The notes: a model not told the origin generated them from the sequence alone. A stretch of 64,000 nucleotides of DNA from an uncultured virus (IMG/VR IMGVR_UViG_3300049259_000045) (IMGVR_UViG_3300049259_000045); one strand, 5' to 3'; numbered from the stretch's first letter, positions 17,004-25,374 are shown. Made by a program: numbers and translations.

Positions 17004-17849
17004 TTACGCGGCAGTAGACGCGTTCATACGCTTGTCGTACGCGTCCTGGCAGGGATCATTGTCGACCTCGCCATCCTCGTTGACGTACTCAACGAGACGA
17101 TCGAACGTGGGGTTGGCGAATACCGACGGCAGTACGCCGTATCGATCCTTCCCCCGGAACCGGCCAGTGGGGACCGAGCTGGCCACGAACTTGGACGGGT
17201 CGCCGTCCTCGACATCTTCCTGCCGGGTGCACAAGGAAATGTCGACGTACCCGATGAGGTCGTTGGCGAAGGCCGGTGTCAGCGCCGGTCGGTAGTAGAT
17301 GCCACCCTCGTCGGTGTCCGTCTCTCGTCGGTCAAGGCAGACGAACGCCACGTGGCAAGGGAGGTCTCGCAGCCGCCGGGCGACCCGACGACACATCTCG
17401 GTCATTCGGCCCTGCTCCTTGAGGTCCACCTCGAACGGATCCACCACCATGCCAGCGCGCTGGCGCTTGGCGTTGCGGGTGTCCACGATGTCTTCGATGA
17501 ACCTCTTCTGCAGTTCGGTGAACGAGTCGATGAAGACTCCTATCACCCGCGTGGCCGGGTCGAGGTCGCCCTTCTTGACGGACTCCTCTTCTTCGACCAA
17601 CTTCGCTTCGAGCTGGATGGTCAGCTTGTTCATCTGGTCGAAGCTGTTGACCGGATACGGGTGGATGTTTTCCACCGGGACGCCGAGGCGCCGCAGGGGC
17701 CGCTTCTTGAGGCCCGATTCGCAGTCGATCGCGATCACTCGACCGAGCTTGGCCATGTGCGCCACGTCGGTACTCTTGCCCGATCCACCAGGGCCGAAGT
17801 ACACGGCGTTGACCCACTCGTCGGTGTCCGCCAATGTCGGAAGTGCCAT
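17004..17849 (-). CDS. Sak4-like AAA ATPase / recombinase
   Basis: GPGGSGKST, IDCESG, FIDSFTE, GKDR. Confidence 0.75.
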   Translation of the reverse strand: MALPTLADTDEWVNAVYFGPGGSGKSTDVAHMAKLGRVIAIDCESGLKKRPLRRLGVPVENIHPYPVNSFDQMNKLTIQLEAKLVEEEESVKKGDLDPATRVIGVFIDSFTELQKRFIEDIVDTRNAKRQRAGMVVDPFEVDLKEQGRMTEMCRRVARRLRDLPCHVAFVCLDRRETDTDEGGIYYRPALTPAFANDLIGYVDISLCTRQEDVEDGDPSKFVASSVPTGRFRGKDRYGVLPSVFANPTFDRLVEYVNEDGEVDNDPCQDAYDKRMNASTAA

Positions 17850-17910
17850 TTTGTTTGAGTTCTCCTTCTATCCTGCAAGACACCGGGCGTTTGGGAAACG
17901 TCCGGCCGCG

Positions 17911-18030
17911 TGGGCGGCTCGGGATTTGAACCCGCTCGGCCCCACCTCCAGGTCATCCGGCGCGTCCGCCGTCCCAAAGAATGGTCCTTTGCCATGCGGC
18001 AAACAGCTTTCCTTGCTGCTTACCCCGCCC
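17911..18030 (-). ncRNA. tRNA-like RNA with an expanded central region (~120 nt)
   Basis: GGGCGG/CCGCCC-A acceptor-like stem, CAGC-AAGGAAA-GCTG D-like arm, CGGG-TTCAAAT-CCCG T arm; no 7-nt anticodon loop. Confidence 0.55.
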
Positions 18031-18087
18031 TAGTTAGGGACTCTCGACTGGCTCACTTTCATGGGTTGCCCCACAGTCGAGAGTCCC

Positions 18088-18170
18088 CGAGTGACAGGGG
18101 GAGTCGAACCCCTTCCGAAGTGTACTAGTCTCGGAGCAAACCTGCTGCCACGTTTCCAACCCCTGATCAT
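18088..18170 (-). ncRNA. Degenerate tRNA-like element
   Basis: GGGG-TTCGACT-CCCC T arm with a weak acceptor-like stem; next to a long hairpin at 18037-18087. Confidence 0.4.
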
Positions 18171-18207
18171 GGGGGTCGGCCCAAAAGACCCGCGCGCGGG
18201 GTCTTCG

Positions 18208-18281
18208 TTCGCTGAGAAGGATTTGAACCTCCGGCCAACACCTTATCAGGGTGTCGCTCTACCAGACTGAGCTACCAGCGA
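18208..18281 (-). tRNA. tRNA-Ile(GAT)
   Basis: TCGCTGG TA GCTC AGTCTGGTA GAGC G ACACC CT GAT AA GGTGT TGGCC GGAGG TTCAAAT CCTTC TCAGCGA A. Confidence 0.9.
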
Positions 18282-18429
18282 TCGATTTAGTTGTTCCCGT
18301 TAGGCCGGACGGCAGACGGCGTGTATACCGCCCGGCCAGACAGGGTGACTTTATTGCAACTACCGGCTAAGACCAATCCGGCACCCGGGAACAGATTTCC
18401 GACTACCAACCGGATTTCTGCTCGTTGCG

Positions 18430-18568
18430 TGGGTGCCGCTGGAATCGAACCAGATCGTGACGCGGGCTGCCGCCCTATTGTCTGCACAGTCAAGGAGGGA
18501 ATCCAACCCTCACACCCGAACCTTCGGGAATTGACGGACTCGAACCGCCGTACGCCTGCCTTGCACCC
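18430..18568 (-). ncRNA. Structured RNA with three T-arm-like hairpins inside one acceptor-like stem
   Basis: GGGTGC...GCACCC-A closing stem; GGCGG-TTCGAGT-CCGTC, GAGGG-TTGGATT-CCCTC, CTGG-TTCGATT-CCAG. Confidence 0.55.
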
Positions 18569-18596
18569 TCGATATTCAGTTGTTTGACTGTGGATT

Positions 18597-18791
18597 CTAC
18601 CGGCGACGGTCGGACCTGCGCCAGGAGAACGGACCGGGAAGGTTGACCGAAGTCGTCCGACGTCCCGTGCTGCTGATCGTGCGATGGACCGGACCGGCGC
18701 CCACCGTGGCGGAGACGGACTTCTTGTTGAGGTTGATCGACAGGATGCCCGGGATGATCGTGATCCGCTTGCTGAACCGGAGCCCGCTCAT
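18597..18791 (-). CDS. DUF4236-like small basic protein
   Basis: MSGLRFSKRITIIPGILSINLNKKSVSATVG...TTSVNLPGPFSWR. Confidence 0.7.
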   Translation of the reverse strand: MSGLRFSKRITIIPGILSINLNKKSVSATVGAGPVHRTISSTGRRTTSVNLPGPFSWRRSDRRR

Positions 18792-19006
18792 GCCGTCACC
18801 GACGCAGCAGCGGCCTTCTTGGCGCGATTGGCCGCCACATTGGCGTTGTGTCGGTCCGTGTAGATCGTGACGCACTTGGTGCAGTTGGTCGGCGAGTGTC
18901 GGTCACCGCAAACCCGACGCTTCCACGCCTTGCCGTTGCTGCGGTAAGAGTTCCGGCCGGTCTCGACCACCTTCTTCGCGACCTGCTTCTGTTGCTGCTT
19001 CGCCAT
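18788..19006 (-). CDS. Small basic protein with a C-H-C-C cluster
   Basis: SD AGGGGG; CGDRH...CTKC; ATGA coupling to the next gene. Confidence 0.55.
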   Translation of the reverse strand: MAKQQQKQVAKKVVETGRNSYRSNGKAWKRRVCGDRHSPTNCTKCVTIYTDRHNANVAANRAKKAAAASVTA

Positions 19007-19067
19007 CTTGAAGGTCCCCCCTGTTCGTTTGGTAGTTAGCATCGAGAATGCCTCGTTGTATACCACC

Positions 19068-19097
19068 ATTGTACCATGCTAGGTGTTGCTCTGTCTA
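19068..19097 (-). promoter_or_regulatory. SigA/HrdB-like promoter
   Basis: TAGACA-N18-TACAAT. Confidence 0.55.
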
Positions 19098-19308
19098 CCC
19101 CGGGTGTTGGGGGTGCAGGGGTACCATCCAGCCCTGCTGATGAAGCTAACGCTGCCAAGTCGGTACACCGCCGTCAAAGCCCGTGCGACGTTTAGGGCTG
19201 ATTAGGCTCCCTAGTAGCCGGTGACTGTTGGTGGCGGGTGCAACGTCATCGTCGTGTTAGGATCCCGACGTTGCGCCAACTCCTTCATCCCGCTCATGTT
19301 CAGTTGTT

Positions 19309-19399
19309 TGGCTCTCTGGACGGGATTCGAACCCGCGTCCTCCTGCGACACCCCCGAGAGGGCCCTAGGTGAGGTGCTCTGCCCCTGAGCTACCAGAGA
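19309..19399 (-). ncRNA. tRNA-like RNA with encoded CCA but no canonical anticodon loop
   Basis: TCTCTGG TA GCTC AGGGGCA GAGC A [33-nt extended arm] AGGAC GCGGG TTCGAAT CCCGT CCAGAGA G CCA. Confidence 0.75.
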
Positions 19400-19708
19400 A
19401 CTTGGTAACGCCTATCGTGTCCCCGCTGTCACTCGCGTCCCCAGGGCGCGTCTAGCGGTGTTCTTGAGGTAGATTTTGGGTCCGCCGACCCTTGGACGGG
19501 ACCTATCCGGCACGTCGGACTTCACTCAGCTTGGTTTCCGACAACCGTAACGCTGGCTCCCCATGGAAGAGGTGCCGGATAGGGGTTGGCCTGAGGGTCC
19601 TCACGTCCGGTAAGAGCCTTAGTGGAACCTGTTAGACCACCTCGGCAAGGAACCCCATTTGCCGGGGGTTGGTGCTAAGAGACGGTGAGCGCTCACCGGG
19701 GGTCTCTG

Positions 19709-19806
19709 TGGTCGCGCCTGGAATCGAACCAGAATTACCCTTACGCAGTGTCCTAAGCGATTACCCCAAAATGGGTACGGGCGGCTTTCCGTTAGCCGAA
19801 ACGACC
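19709..19806 (-). ncRNA. tRNA-like RNA with the anticodon arm replaced by two hairpins
   Basis: GGTCGTT TC GGCT AACGGAA AGCC G CCC[TACCC/GGGTA + CGC/GCG]GGG TAAT TCTGG TTCGATT CCAGG CGCGACC A. Confidence 0.7.
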
Positions 19807-19962
19807 TCAGTTATTCAGTTGTTTTTCAAGACCGCCCGAGGGTGACGGAGAGCAGCGTGGGTGAGGCTCTTGCGTTGGTCCTCGGGCGGTCTTGCGGCTG
19901 CTCGCTAGTCGGTAGCCAGAGGCTTGCCGCCAAGCAAACTTTTTAGGGGTGCCGTAACCCAG

Positions 19963-20070
19963 TGGCGGCCAGAGGAATCGAACCTCTGCGGGTCTCCCTC
20001 GGGGGATGGAGACAAGGCCAATCGTGGATCGTTGGGGGGGACCCGACCCGTGATCGCTCCTGCAACCGCC
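19963..20070 (-). ncRNA. tRNA-like RNA (acceptor stem and T arm only)
   Basis: GGCGGTT/GGCCGCC-A stem; AGAGG-TTCGATT-CCTCT. Confidence 0.55.
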
Positions 20071-20138
20071 TTGGTTGGAACTGGCCGGGCGCCATCATCG
20101 CCGTTCGAAACGCCCGACCCGTCCCTCTTCGTACCCTT

Positions 20139-20360
20139 CTAGGGTACCATACTGTTTGCCCGGTTGTCAAGTACCTGGCCCCCCGTGGTGGGGTTGCGCT
20201 GTCCCTCCTCGTACGCTCGGTTGAGTTCGTCGGCCACGACGTCCGCAATCCGCTTGGTGCGGAATTGCAAGACACTGACCTCGACCGTGGCGCCGTCCTC
20301 GTTCACCACGTCGATGGGGTTGGTTCCCCCTCGGGGTTGGACCAGGTACTTTCTCGCCAT
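20139..20360 (-). CDS. Hypothetical protein
   Basis: SD GGAGGG; promoter TTGCGC-N18-TAGAAT at 20395-20424. Confidence 0.55.
   Translation of the reverse strand: MARKYLVQPRGGTNPIDVVNEDGATVEVSVLQFRTKRIADVVADELNRAYEEGQRNPTTGGQVLDNRANSMVP
20141..20170 (-). promoter_or_regulatory. Promoter at the head of the RNA island
   Basis: TTGACA-N18-TACCCT. Confidence 0.55.
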
Positions 20361-20397
20361 CTGCGCCGTCCCTCCCGTCGTTCTGTATAGTGCTATT

Positions 20398-20892
20398 CTA
20401 CCATACAGCTTGCTCCGGGCGCAAGTAGCTGCGGGAGCCGTCTCGACGGTATGTCAGTACAGGAATGTTGGCCTCGTCAGCTCGGCGTATGCAGTCTTCC
20501 GTTCCTGTTGACGGAGTCTGCCACAGGAACGCCAAACACGCTATGGGCATCAGATCGACCATGTGTTGATTACGGTAGTTACCCTGAGCCGGACAGATGT
20601 CGCCCTCGCCCCAGGTGTTCGGGCGCCGGTGGCCAGCACTGCAGCTCGGTAGACATAGGCTGCTCCACTTGGCTGGCACCCGATGCAATCGAACGCCCTC
20701 ATAGTAACGTCCGATTGCCCAGCGGTCGGCTATCGCGTCTGCACCCTTACGGTTATGCCCATGTAGAACGCGCATTTCCGTGAAGGGTCCCGTCACGATC
20801 AACGCTAGGTACGCCTCCCACAAAGCGTTATCTATCATGGACCGGTCAGCCCAATTTCGACTGCCGGTGACAAGTACGAGGGCAGAACTCAT
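20398..20892 (-). CDS. SLOG-family (YspA/DUF2493-like) protein
   Basis: VLVTGSRNW, HG..KGADAIA..WA, RNQHMVD, STGTEDCIRRA. Confidence 0.75.
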   Translation of the reverse strand: MSSALVLVTGSRNWADRSMIDNALWEAYLALIVTGPFTEMRVLHGHNRKGADAIADRWAIGRYYEGVRLHRVPAKWSSLCLPSCSAGHRRPNTWGEGDICPAQGNYRNQHMVDLMPIACLAFLWQTPSTGTEDCIRRADEANIPVLTYRRDGSRSYLRPEQAVW

Positions 20893-21827
20893 CAGTGACG
20901 CTCGAATCTTTGCTCCCAACCGGTGTCCCGGAGGAACGTGACCTCTCGGTCTTCCCCGAGCTTCCGGCCGGTCAGGCACGCCTCTCGCATCCCGCAGAAC
21001 CTCTTGCAACGCTCAGCGTCCGGCTGGCGGGTGTGCTTGTTCGCTTTGGAGTACAGGTAGCGCGCTGTCTCCAAGGTCTCCCGCGCGATCGTGGCCAGCT
21101 CGGGGTCAGTGCGATTGGTCGGAACTCGCGCGAACCGGCCTTCCATCGGCTGGGGCTTGGGCTGGGCTCCCGGCTTCTCCCCAGCGGCCTTGCGGATGTG
21201 CCAGTCTGCCACCGCGTCCGGGTAGTCGCCCTTGTTCCGAGTGGTCCGGGCGCCGTTGTACAGGCAGCCGAAGATGTCTTTGCCGAGGCTGTTGAGCGCC
21301 CATTTGTAGATACCGAACTGGTCGTGCAAGTCGAGATCCTGGGTGTCTCCCGGCAAGTTGGCTGCGGTCTTGTGGTCCCATACCCACCGCCGACCGCTGG
21401 ACCGATGTTGTGCGACCAGGTCCACCCCGCCTTTGAGGTTGAATCCGGACAGGCGTCCGGCCGCAGTCCGCAGTGGTACTTCGAACCGGTACTCGACAGC
21501 CAGGATGCGCCACTCGTCGTCGGGCCCATACCGCTCGATGTACCCCTCCACGATCCACCGGACGAGGTCCACGGTTTCGGCGTCGCGGCCGGTGGTCTCG
21601 AAGTCGGCGAACAACTGGTCAAGGCTGGACTGAGCAGCGGCCTGGTTGCCGGGGTCCAACATCAGAGACCGATACCAGGTCTCCATGGCGAGGTGAAACA
21701 TGGACCCCTTGGCCAATGGGCCGGTCTCGTCGTTTGGCTTGGTCCACCTCTCCTTATAGGTTCGCAGATGGTGGTGGGGGCACTGTCGCCCACGCTGAAT
21801 CTCGGACCAGCTTACGGTAGTAGCCAC
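20892..21827 (-). CDS. PD-(D/E)XK (RecB/Cas4-like) exonuclease
   Basis: QCP, GSMFH, AVEYRF, GGVDLV, WDHKT, QFGIY, C..FC....C; GTG start after AAGGAG. Confidence 0.8.
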   Translation of the reverse strand: MATTVSWSEIQRGRQCPHHHLRTYKERWTKPNDETGPLAKGSMFHLAMETWYRSLMLDPGNQAAAQSSLDQLFADFETTGRDAETVDLVRWIVEGYIERYGPDDEWRILAVEYRFEVPLRTAAGRLSGFNLKGGVDLVAQHRSSGRRWVWDHKTAANLPGDTQDLDLHDQFGIYKWALNSLGKDIFGCLYNGARTTRNKGDYPDAVADWHIRKAAGEKPGAQPKPQPMEGRFARVPTNRTDPELATIARETLETARYLYSKANKHTRQPDAERCKRFCGMREACLTGRKLGEDREVTFLRDTGWEQRFERH

Positions 21828-21939
21828 GTTTCTCCTTGCTTGGATGAACACCAACTGTTGCCGCAGTCGATCAAATACAGATCTATATGCGGTTCTATCA
21901 GTCCCCCGGTAGCGAATCCGGAGGCTGATACGGTCAGCC

Positions 21940-22374
21940 CTAGTTCTCGTTCGAGCTGTCGGACGCGTCGAGGGTCGTGTCGGTCGTGGACGTCGCATCT
22001 TCGGGCGATGCGACGGACAGGCCCTTCAAACCAGACAGCAATGCCTCGTCTTCGATGTAGAGATCCGCGTGGACGCCTCGCCACCCGAGGTTGGTACCCT
22101 CCCACTCCAGTATCATCCCCTCCGGCAACGCCCCCTGGTGATGGAGTGCATCGTTCATCATTGCCAGATAGCTATCCGCCAAGTGGTGATAGTATCTGGC
22201 GTACGCGGCTTCGACCTCTTGACGGGTTATCCAGCCGTAGTGCGACCACCACTGAGAAGCTTGACGCCAGCCTCGCGGTTTGGCGTGCGGCCGGTAGTAA
22301 TACTTGGTCTTGGCAGAAGACGAGCGGCGACGCTCCCGCAAGATAGCGCGGTTACGTCTGGCGCGAGGATTCAC
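21940..22374 (-). CDS. Hypothetical protein
   Basis: GTGA coupling. Confidence 0.5.
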   Translation of the reverse strand: MNPRARRNRAILRERRRSSSAKTKYYYRPHAKPRGWRQASQWWSHYGWITRQEVEAAYARYYHHLADSYLAMMNDALHHQGALPEGMILEWEGTNLGWRGVHADLYIEDEALLSGLKGLSVASPEDATSTTDTTLDASDSSNEN

Positions 22375-22568
22375 GTGGACTTCACTCCGAGGGGGTCGGT
22401 GTCGATGACGTTCCCGAATTGGTCGGTCATCAGGTCGCGCAGAGAATCGATGGCGGTAATCAGGTCGGCCTTTTCTCGGACTGTCATGCTGTCAACCACC
22501 CGAGTGGCCTCGCCGATGTCTTCGATCATCACCAACGATAGGGCGTAAGTTTCGGCGCTGTGTTGCAT
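22371..22568 (-). CDS. Hypothetical protein
   Basis: TGATG coupling. Confidence 0.5.
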   Translation of the reverse strand: MQHSAETYALSLVMIEDIGEATRVVDSMTVREKADLITAIDSLRDLMTDQFGNVIDTDPLGVKST

Positions 22569-23044
22569 CAGGCCAACCGCCCCGCGAGTTTGGCCTGCAG
22601 GTTGGGGTGGTCGGACAGTTCCGCCAACACGTCATCCCGAGTCTTCACACCTGACTTGACTTCGGTCTGGAGACGACTCAACAGTTTGGCGTCGTGACCG
22701 GGACGGAATCTACCGCCGCAGGTCTCGCCACAGCCGCACCCGCAGGGGCCCCCTCCCGACGTGCTACGGGGGGTCCGTGGACTTCTCGGAGTGCTGGCGG
22801 TACCGGCGCCCCGCTGGCCGCTCGTAGCCTCTCCCGTGGGCCCTCCGGCCGCTTCCCGGCGGTTGGCGTTATTGGCGTGCACCTCGGTTGCCCCATAGGC
22901 GTGGCTCGGCGTGGTAGCGTCCTTGCCCGGATAACCGCAACGGCAGGCGCTCCGAAACTTCACACCATACATCTCGGGCGGTCCGGGCACGTGTGCGGTA
23001 TCCGGACTGACGCTACCTTTGAACGTCAACGGCATTGCTGACAC
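22568..23044 (-). CDS. Hypothetical Zn-binding protein (CGCGCG...RFRPGHD)
   Basis: Cys/His motifs; SD GGAGGG; promoter at 23073-23102. Confidence 0.6.
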   Translation of the reverse strand: MSAMPLTFKGSVSPDTAHVPGPPEMYGVKFRSACRCGYPGKDATTPSHAYGATEVHANNANRREAAGGPTGEATSGQRGAGTASTPRSPRTPRSTSGGGPCGCGCGETCGGRFRPGHDAKLLSRLQTEVKSGVKTRDDVLAELSDHPNLQAKLAGRLA

Positions 23045-23105
23045 GTTATCCCTCCCTTCTGTGATTCTATCCAGTCTACCATAGGACTTGCTCTATGGGC
23101 AATTA

Positions 23106-23633
23106 CTACTGTTTGTGGCCAGTAACGTCGTTCCACAATCTACCGTGCCAAATCCGAGTGACAGTAGACTCAGAAATGCCGAATTCGACGCTAGTAGAGG
23201 TCCGAGGTGTTTCGCCTTTCTGGCGATAGATGGCCAGCACCAGGTCTGGAGTAAGCTTCGTCCGATGAATCGGTTTGATAACCTTGCGATGAACCGGACT
23301 GATGCACTGCGAGTCGCCACACGTCGGATACGAGTGCCTTGGTCCGTCGTCACGATCTTCGAACTGAGGGAACCATTCGCGCAACATCCACCAAAAGGCG
23401 GAAATCCTCGGCCCACCCTTTTCGTACTCGAACACCGGGAATCTTTTGCCGCGCACGGTCACGCATTTGCCGTGCCAAATCCAGCACCCGGACGGTTCGT
23501 GAGACACCCGAAGGAACCACTGTCTGCGCGGCTTGGCCCACCCAACGAAAGTGTCAATGTGCTGGTACAGGGGACGCTGCGGAGGCTTGGACACGATCGC
23601 CCAAGCCTCCGCGTCGGTAAGCGTGAACTCCAT
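23106..23633 (-). CDS. HNH-like endonuclease with C-terminal HTH
   Basis: GCWIWHG...TCGDSQCISPVH...KLT...FGISESTVTRI...W. Confidence 0.65.
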   Translation of the reverse strand: MEFTLTDAEAWAIVSKPPQRPLYQHIDTFVGWAKPRRQWFLRVSHEPSGCWIWHGKCVTVRGKRFPVFEYEKGGPRISAFWWMLREWFPQFEDRDDGPRHSYPTCGDSQCISPVHRKVIKPIHRTKLTPDLVLAIYRQKGETPRTSTSVEFGISESTVTRIWHGRLWNDVTGHKQ

Positions 23634-24388
23634 CAGACGCGGTCCCCGCACACGGGGCCGATTCCGGCCGCGATGGACTTCTCGTCGGTGAGGGTGGCCG
23701 CGCAGACGCAGCAGGTCTCGTAAAGCTTGCCCCACTCCTTGGCCTCGTCCAGTGTCATCCGCTCCGCCGGAGCGAGCTTGTACACCATCCCAGCGACCCG
23801 CTCGAAGTGCCAGTCGCCGTTGCCGTCGTCAACCAGCTTCTTGGCGTACGGACGACCCGACCCGTGAACCGCGATCTGAACCCGGTAGATCGATCCGTCG
23901 GCGGTGCGGTACATGCCCTGCTCAGCCGGTCCGTCGGACTTCTTGGCGACGGGCTTGCGGTCCGGCCACGGCTGGCCCAGCATGAACGATCGAGCGCCAT
24001 CAACTTCGGTCTTCAACATGTGGCCGAGGTAGGTTTCCAGGTCCTCGCCCAGGTACTCCGTGACGTTCTTCGCGGCAGCCAGCTTGCGGATCATCGACTT
24101 CTGCGGGTCCGTGGCAAGTCGGCTGCGGTCACGGTTCCACGGGCCGAACGACCCGTCACCTTCACCAGCCTGCGACCGCCGGGTCTGGGGCTGAACCACA
24201 CCCTGAATGCGGGGGGCTGCCACGGCCGTGGTCTCGGTGAGCTGGGTCAGAACCCGCTGCATCCCGGACCGGAGGTTGCAAGGCGCCTCGGCGGTGCAGC
24301 ACTCGGCGTCGTGAACAGCCAGACCCTCGCGGATCATCGCGGTCTGCTCCATGACCTCGGCTTTGGTGCTCGGCGTCAGTACCGGCAT
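23633..24388 (-). CDS. DUF6011-like Zn-finger protein
   Basis: C-terminal CCVCAATLTDEKSIAAGIGPVC; promoter at 24421-24450. Confidence 0.7.
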   Translation of the reverse strand: MPVLTPSTKAEVMEQTAMIREGLAVHDAECCTAEAPCNLRSGMQRVLTQLTETTAVAAPRIQGVVQPQTRRSQAGEGDGSFGPWNRDRSRLATDPQKSMIRKLAAAKNVTEYLGEDLETYLGHMLKTEVDGARSFMLGQPWPDRKPVAKKSDGPAEQGMYRTADGSIYRVQIAVHGSGRPYAKKLVDDGNGDWHFERVAGMVYKLAPAERMTLDEAKEWGKLYETCCVCAATLTDEKSIAAGIGPVCGDRV

Positions 24389-24450
24389 TTCTACCTCCCG
24401 ATTTCGTCCCTGTTAGTACCATTCTAACACGGATAGATATCGGCGCACAA

Positions 24451-24486
24451 GCACCCCGGCGCTTGATCTTGCCAGCGCCGGGGTGC
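24451..24486. terminator. Intrinsic terminator-like hairpin
   Basis: gcaccccggcgct...agcgccggggtgc. Confidence 0.55.
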
Positions 24487-24504
24487 TGCGGTTGAGCAGA
24501 TTGA

Positions 24505-24702
24505 TCAGCGAGCGTGGCGATGAATGTGGCACAGCCGCTGGAACCAGGTGCACTTGAGCTTGACCGTTATCGGCCCCGTACTCTTGTGACACGGGTTGGT
24601 CACGCTGCACGGCGCGGGGGTGGCAGCCTCAGCCGTGACCGCGCTGCCCGCGATCAGGGCTGCCGCGAGGGCCACCGATACTGCCATCCTGCGAGCGTTC
24701 AT
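24505..24702 (-). CDS. Small secreted 4-Cys peptide
   Basis: Signal peptide MNARRMAVSVALAAALIAGSAVTAEA; SD AAGGA. Confidence 0.55.
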   Translation of the reverse strand: MNARRMAVSVALAAALIAGSAVTAEAATPAPCSVTNPCHKSTGPITVKLKCTWFQRLCHIHRHAR

Positions 24703-24712
24703 GGACTTTTCC

Positions 24713-24904
24713 TTACTGAGTTCTCGACAGCTCGCGCTGCCAAGGGGCGGGCATGGATTCGGTGTCGGTGTACAGACCGGCCGCAATGGAAGTCATGGCC
24801 CACGGGCGCACTCCCCATTCGCCGGACTCGTTGTGGTCGGCTGCTGCTCCGATCATGGACTGCCGGAGAGTCTTGGCTGTTGCTCGGGCTTCGGCTTCGG
24901 TCAC
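24713..24904 (-). CDS. Hypothetical protein
   Basis: GTGA coupling to the NlpC/P60 gene. Confidence 0.45.
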   Translation of the reverse strand: MTEAEARATAKTLRQSMIGAAADHNESGEWGVRPWAMTSIAAGLYTDTESMPAPWQRELSRTQ

Positions 24905-25353
24905 TTGAGCCTCCCGTACCAAACCGAGCTGGTCCAAATCTTCTCGATCCGGACTTTGGCCCCCGAGTAAGGCGCGTGCAGGACGTTCCCGCTGCCGGTG
25001 TAGATGCCGACGTGGTAGACGGACGACCCGGAGTGGAAGAACACCAGATCGCCAGCCTTGCGATTGGCCTTCGTGACGTGCTTGATGCGGCTGCTGTTGT
25101 ACTGAGCGCTGGCGGTTCGGGGAAGCTTGCGGCCAGCGTGCTCGAACGAGTAGTACGTCAATCCGGAGCAGTCGAAGCGATTCGGGCCAGCCGCACCGTA
25201 CTGGTACAGGTCACCCTTCTTCGATTTGGCGATGCTATACGCCTTGCTCTCGATCGCGGTGACAGTCAGCGCCGACGATGGTGCAGCCTCGATCATCGAG
25301 ACAGCTGCTGCCAGCACGGTCGCAGTTGCCACTGTTACGAGTTTCCTGTTCAC
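24901..25353 (-). CDS. Secreted NlpC/P60 peptidoglycan endopeptidase
   Basis: Signal peptide; YQYGAAGPNRFDCSGL, LPRT, GDLVFF, HVGIY. Confidence 0.9.
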   Translation of the reverse strand: MNRKLVTVATATVLAAAVSMIEAAPSSALTVTAIESKAYSIAKSKKGDLYQYGAAGPNRFDCSGLTYYSFEHAGRKLPRTASAQYNSSRIKHVTKANRKAGDLVFFHSGSSVYHVGIYTGSGNVLHAPYSGAKVRIEKIWTSSVWYGRLK

Positions 25354-25374
25354 GGACGAGTCTCCAATGTAAGA

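Noticed and set aside
19137..19143. CTGATGA as a hammerhead ribozyme core
   Set aside because: No GAAA follows a stem II, and it is on the strand opposite to local transcription.
17890..20130. tmRNA or group I intron-containing tRNAs
   Set aside because: No tag ORF or G3:U70 alanine identity was seen, and the inserts are far too short for group I introns.
20892..21827. Cas4 as part of a CRISPR system
   Set aside because: No array or other cas genes; it fits the phage recombination set with the Sak4-like ATPase and SSB.
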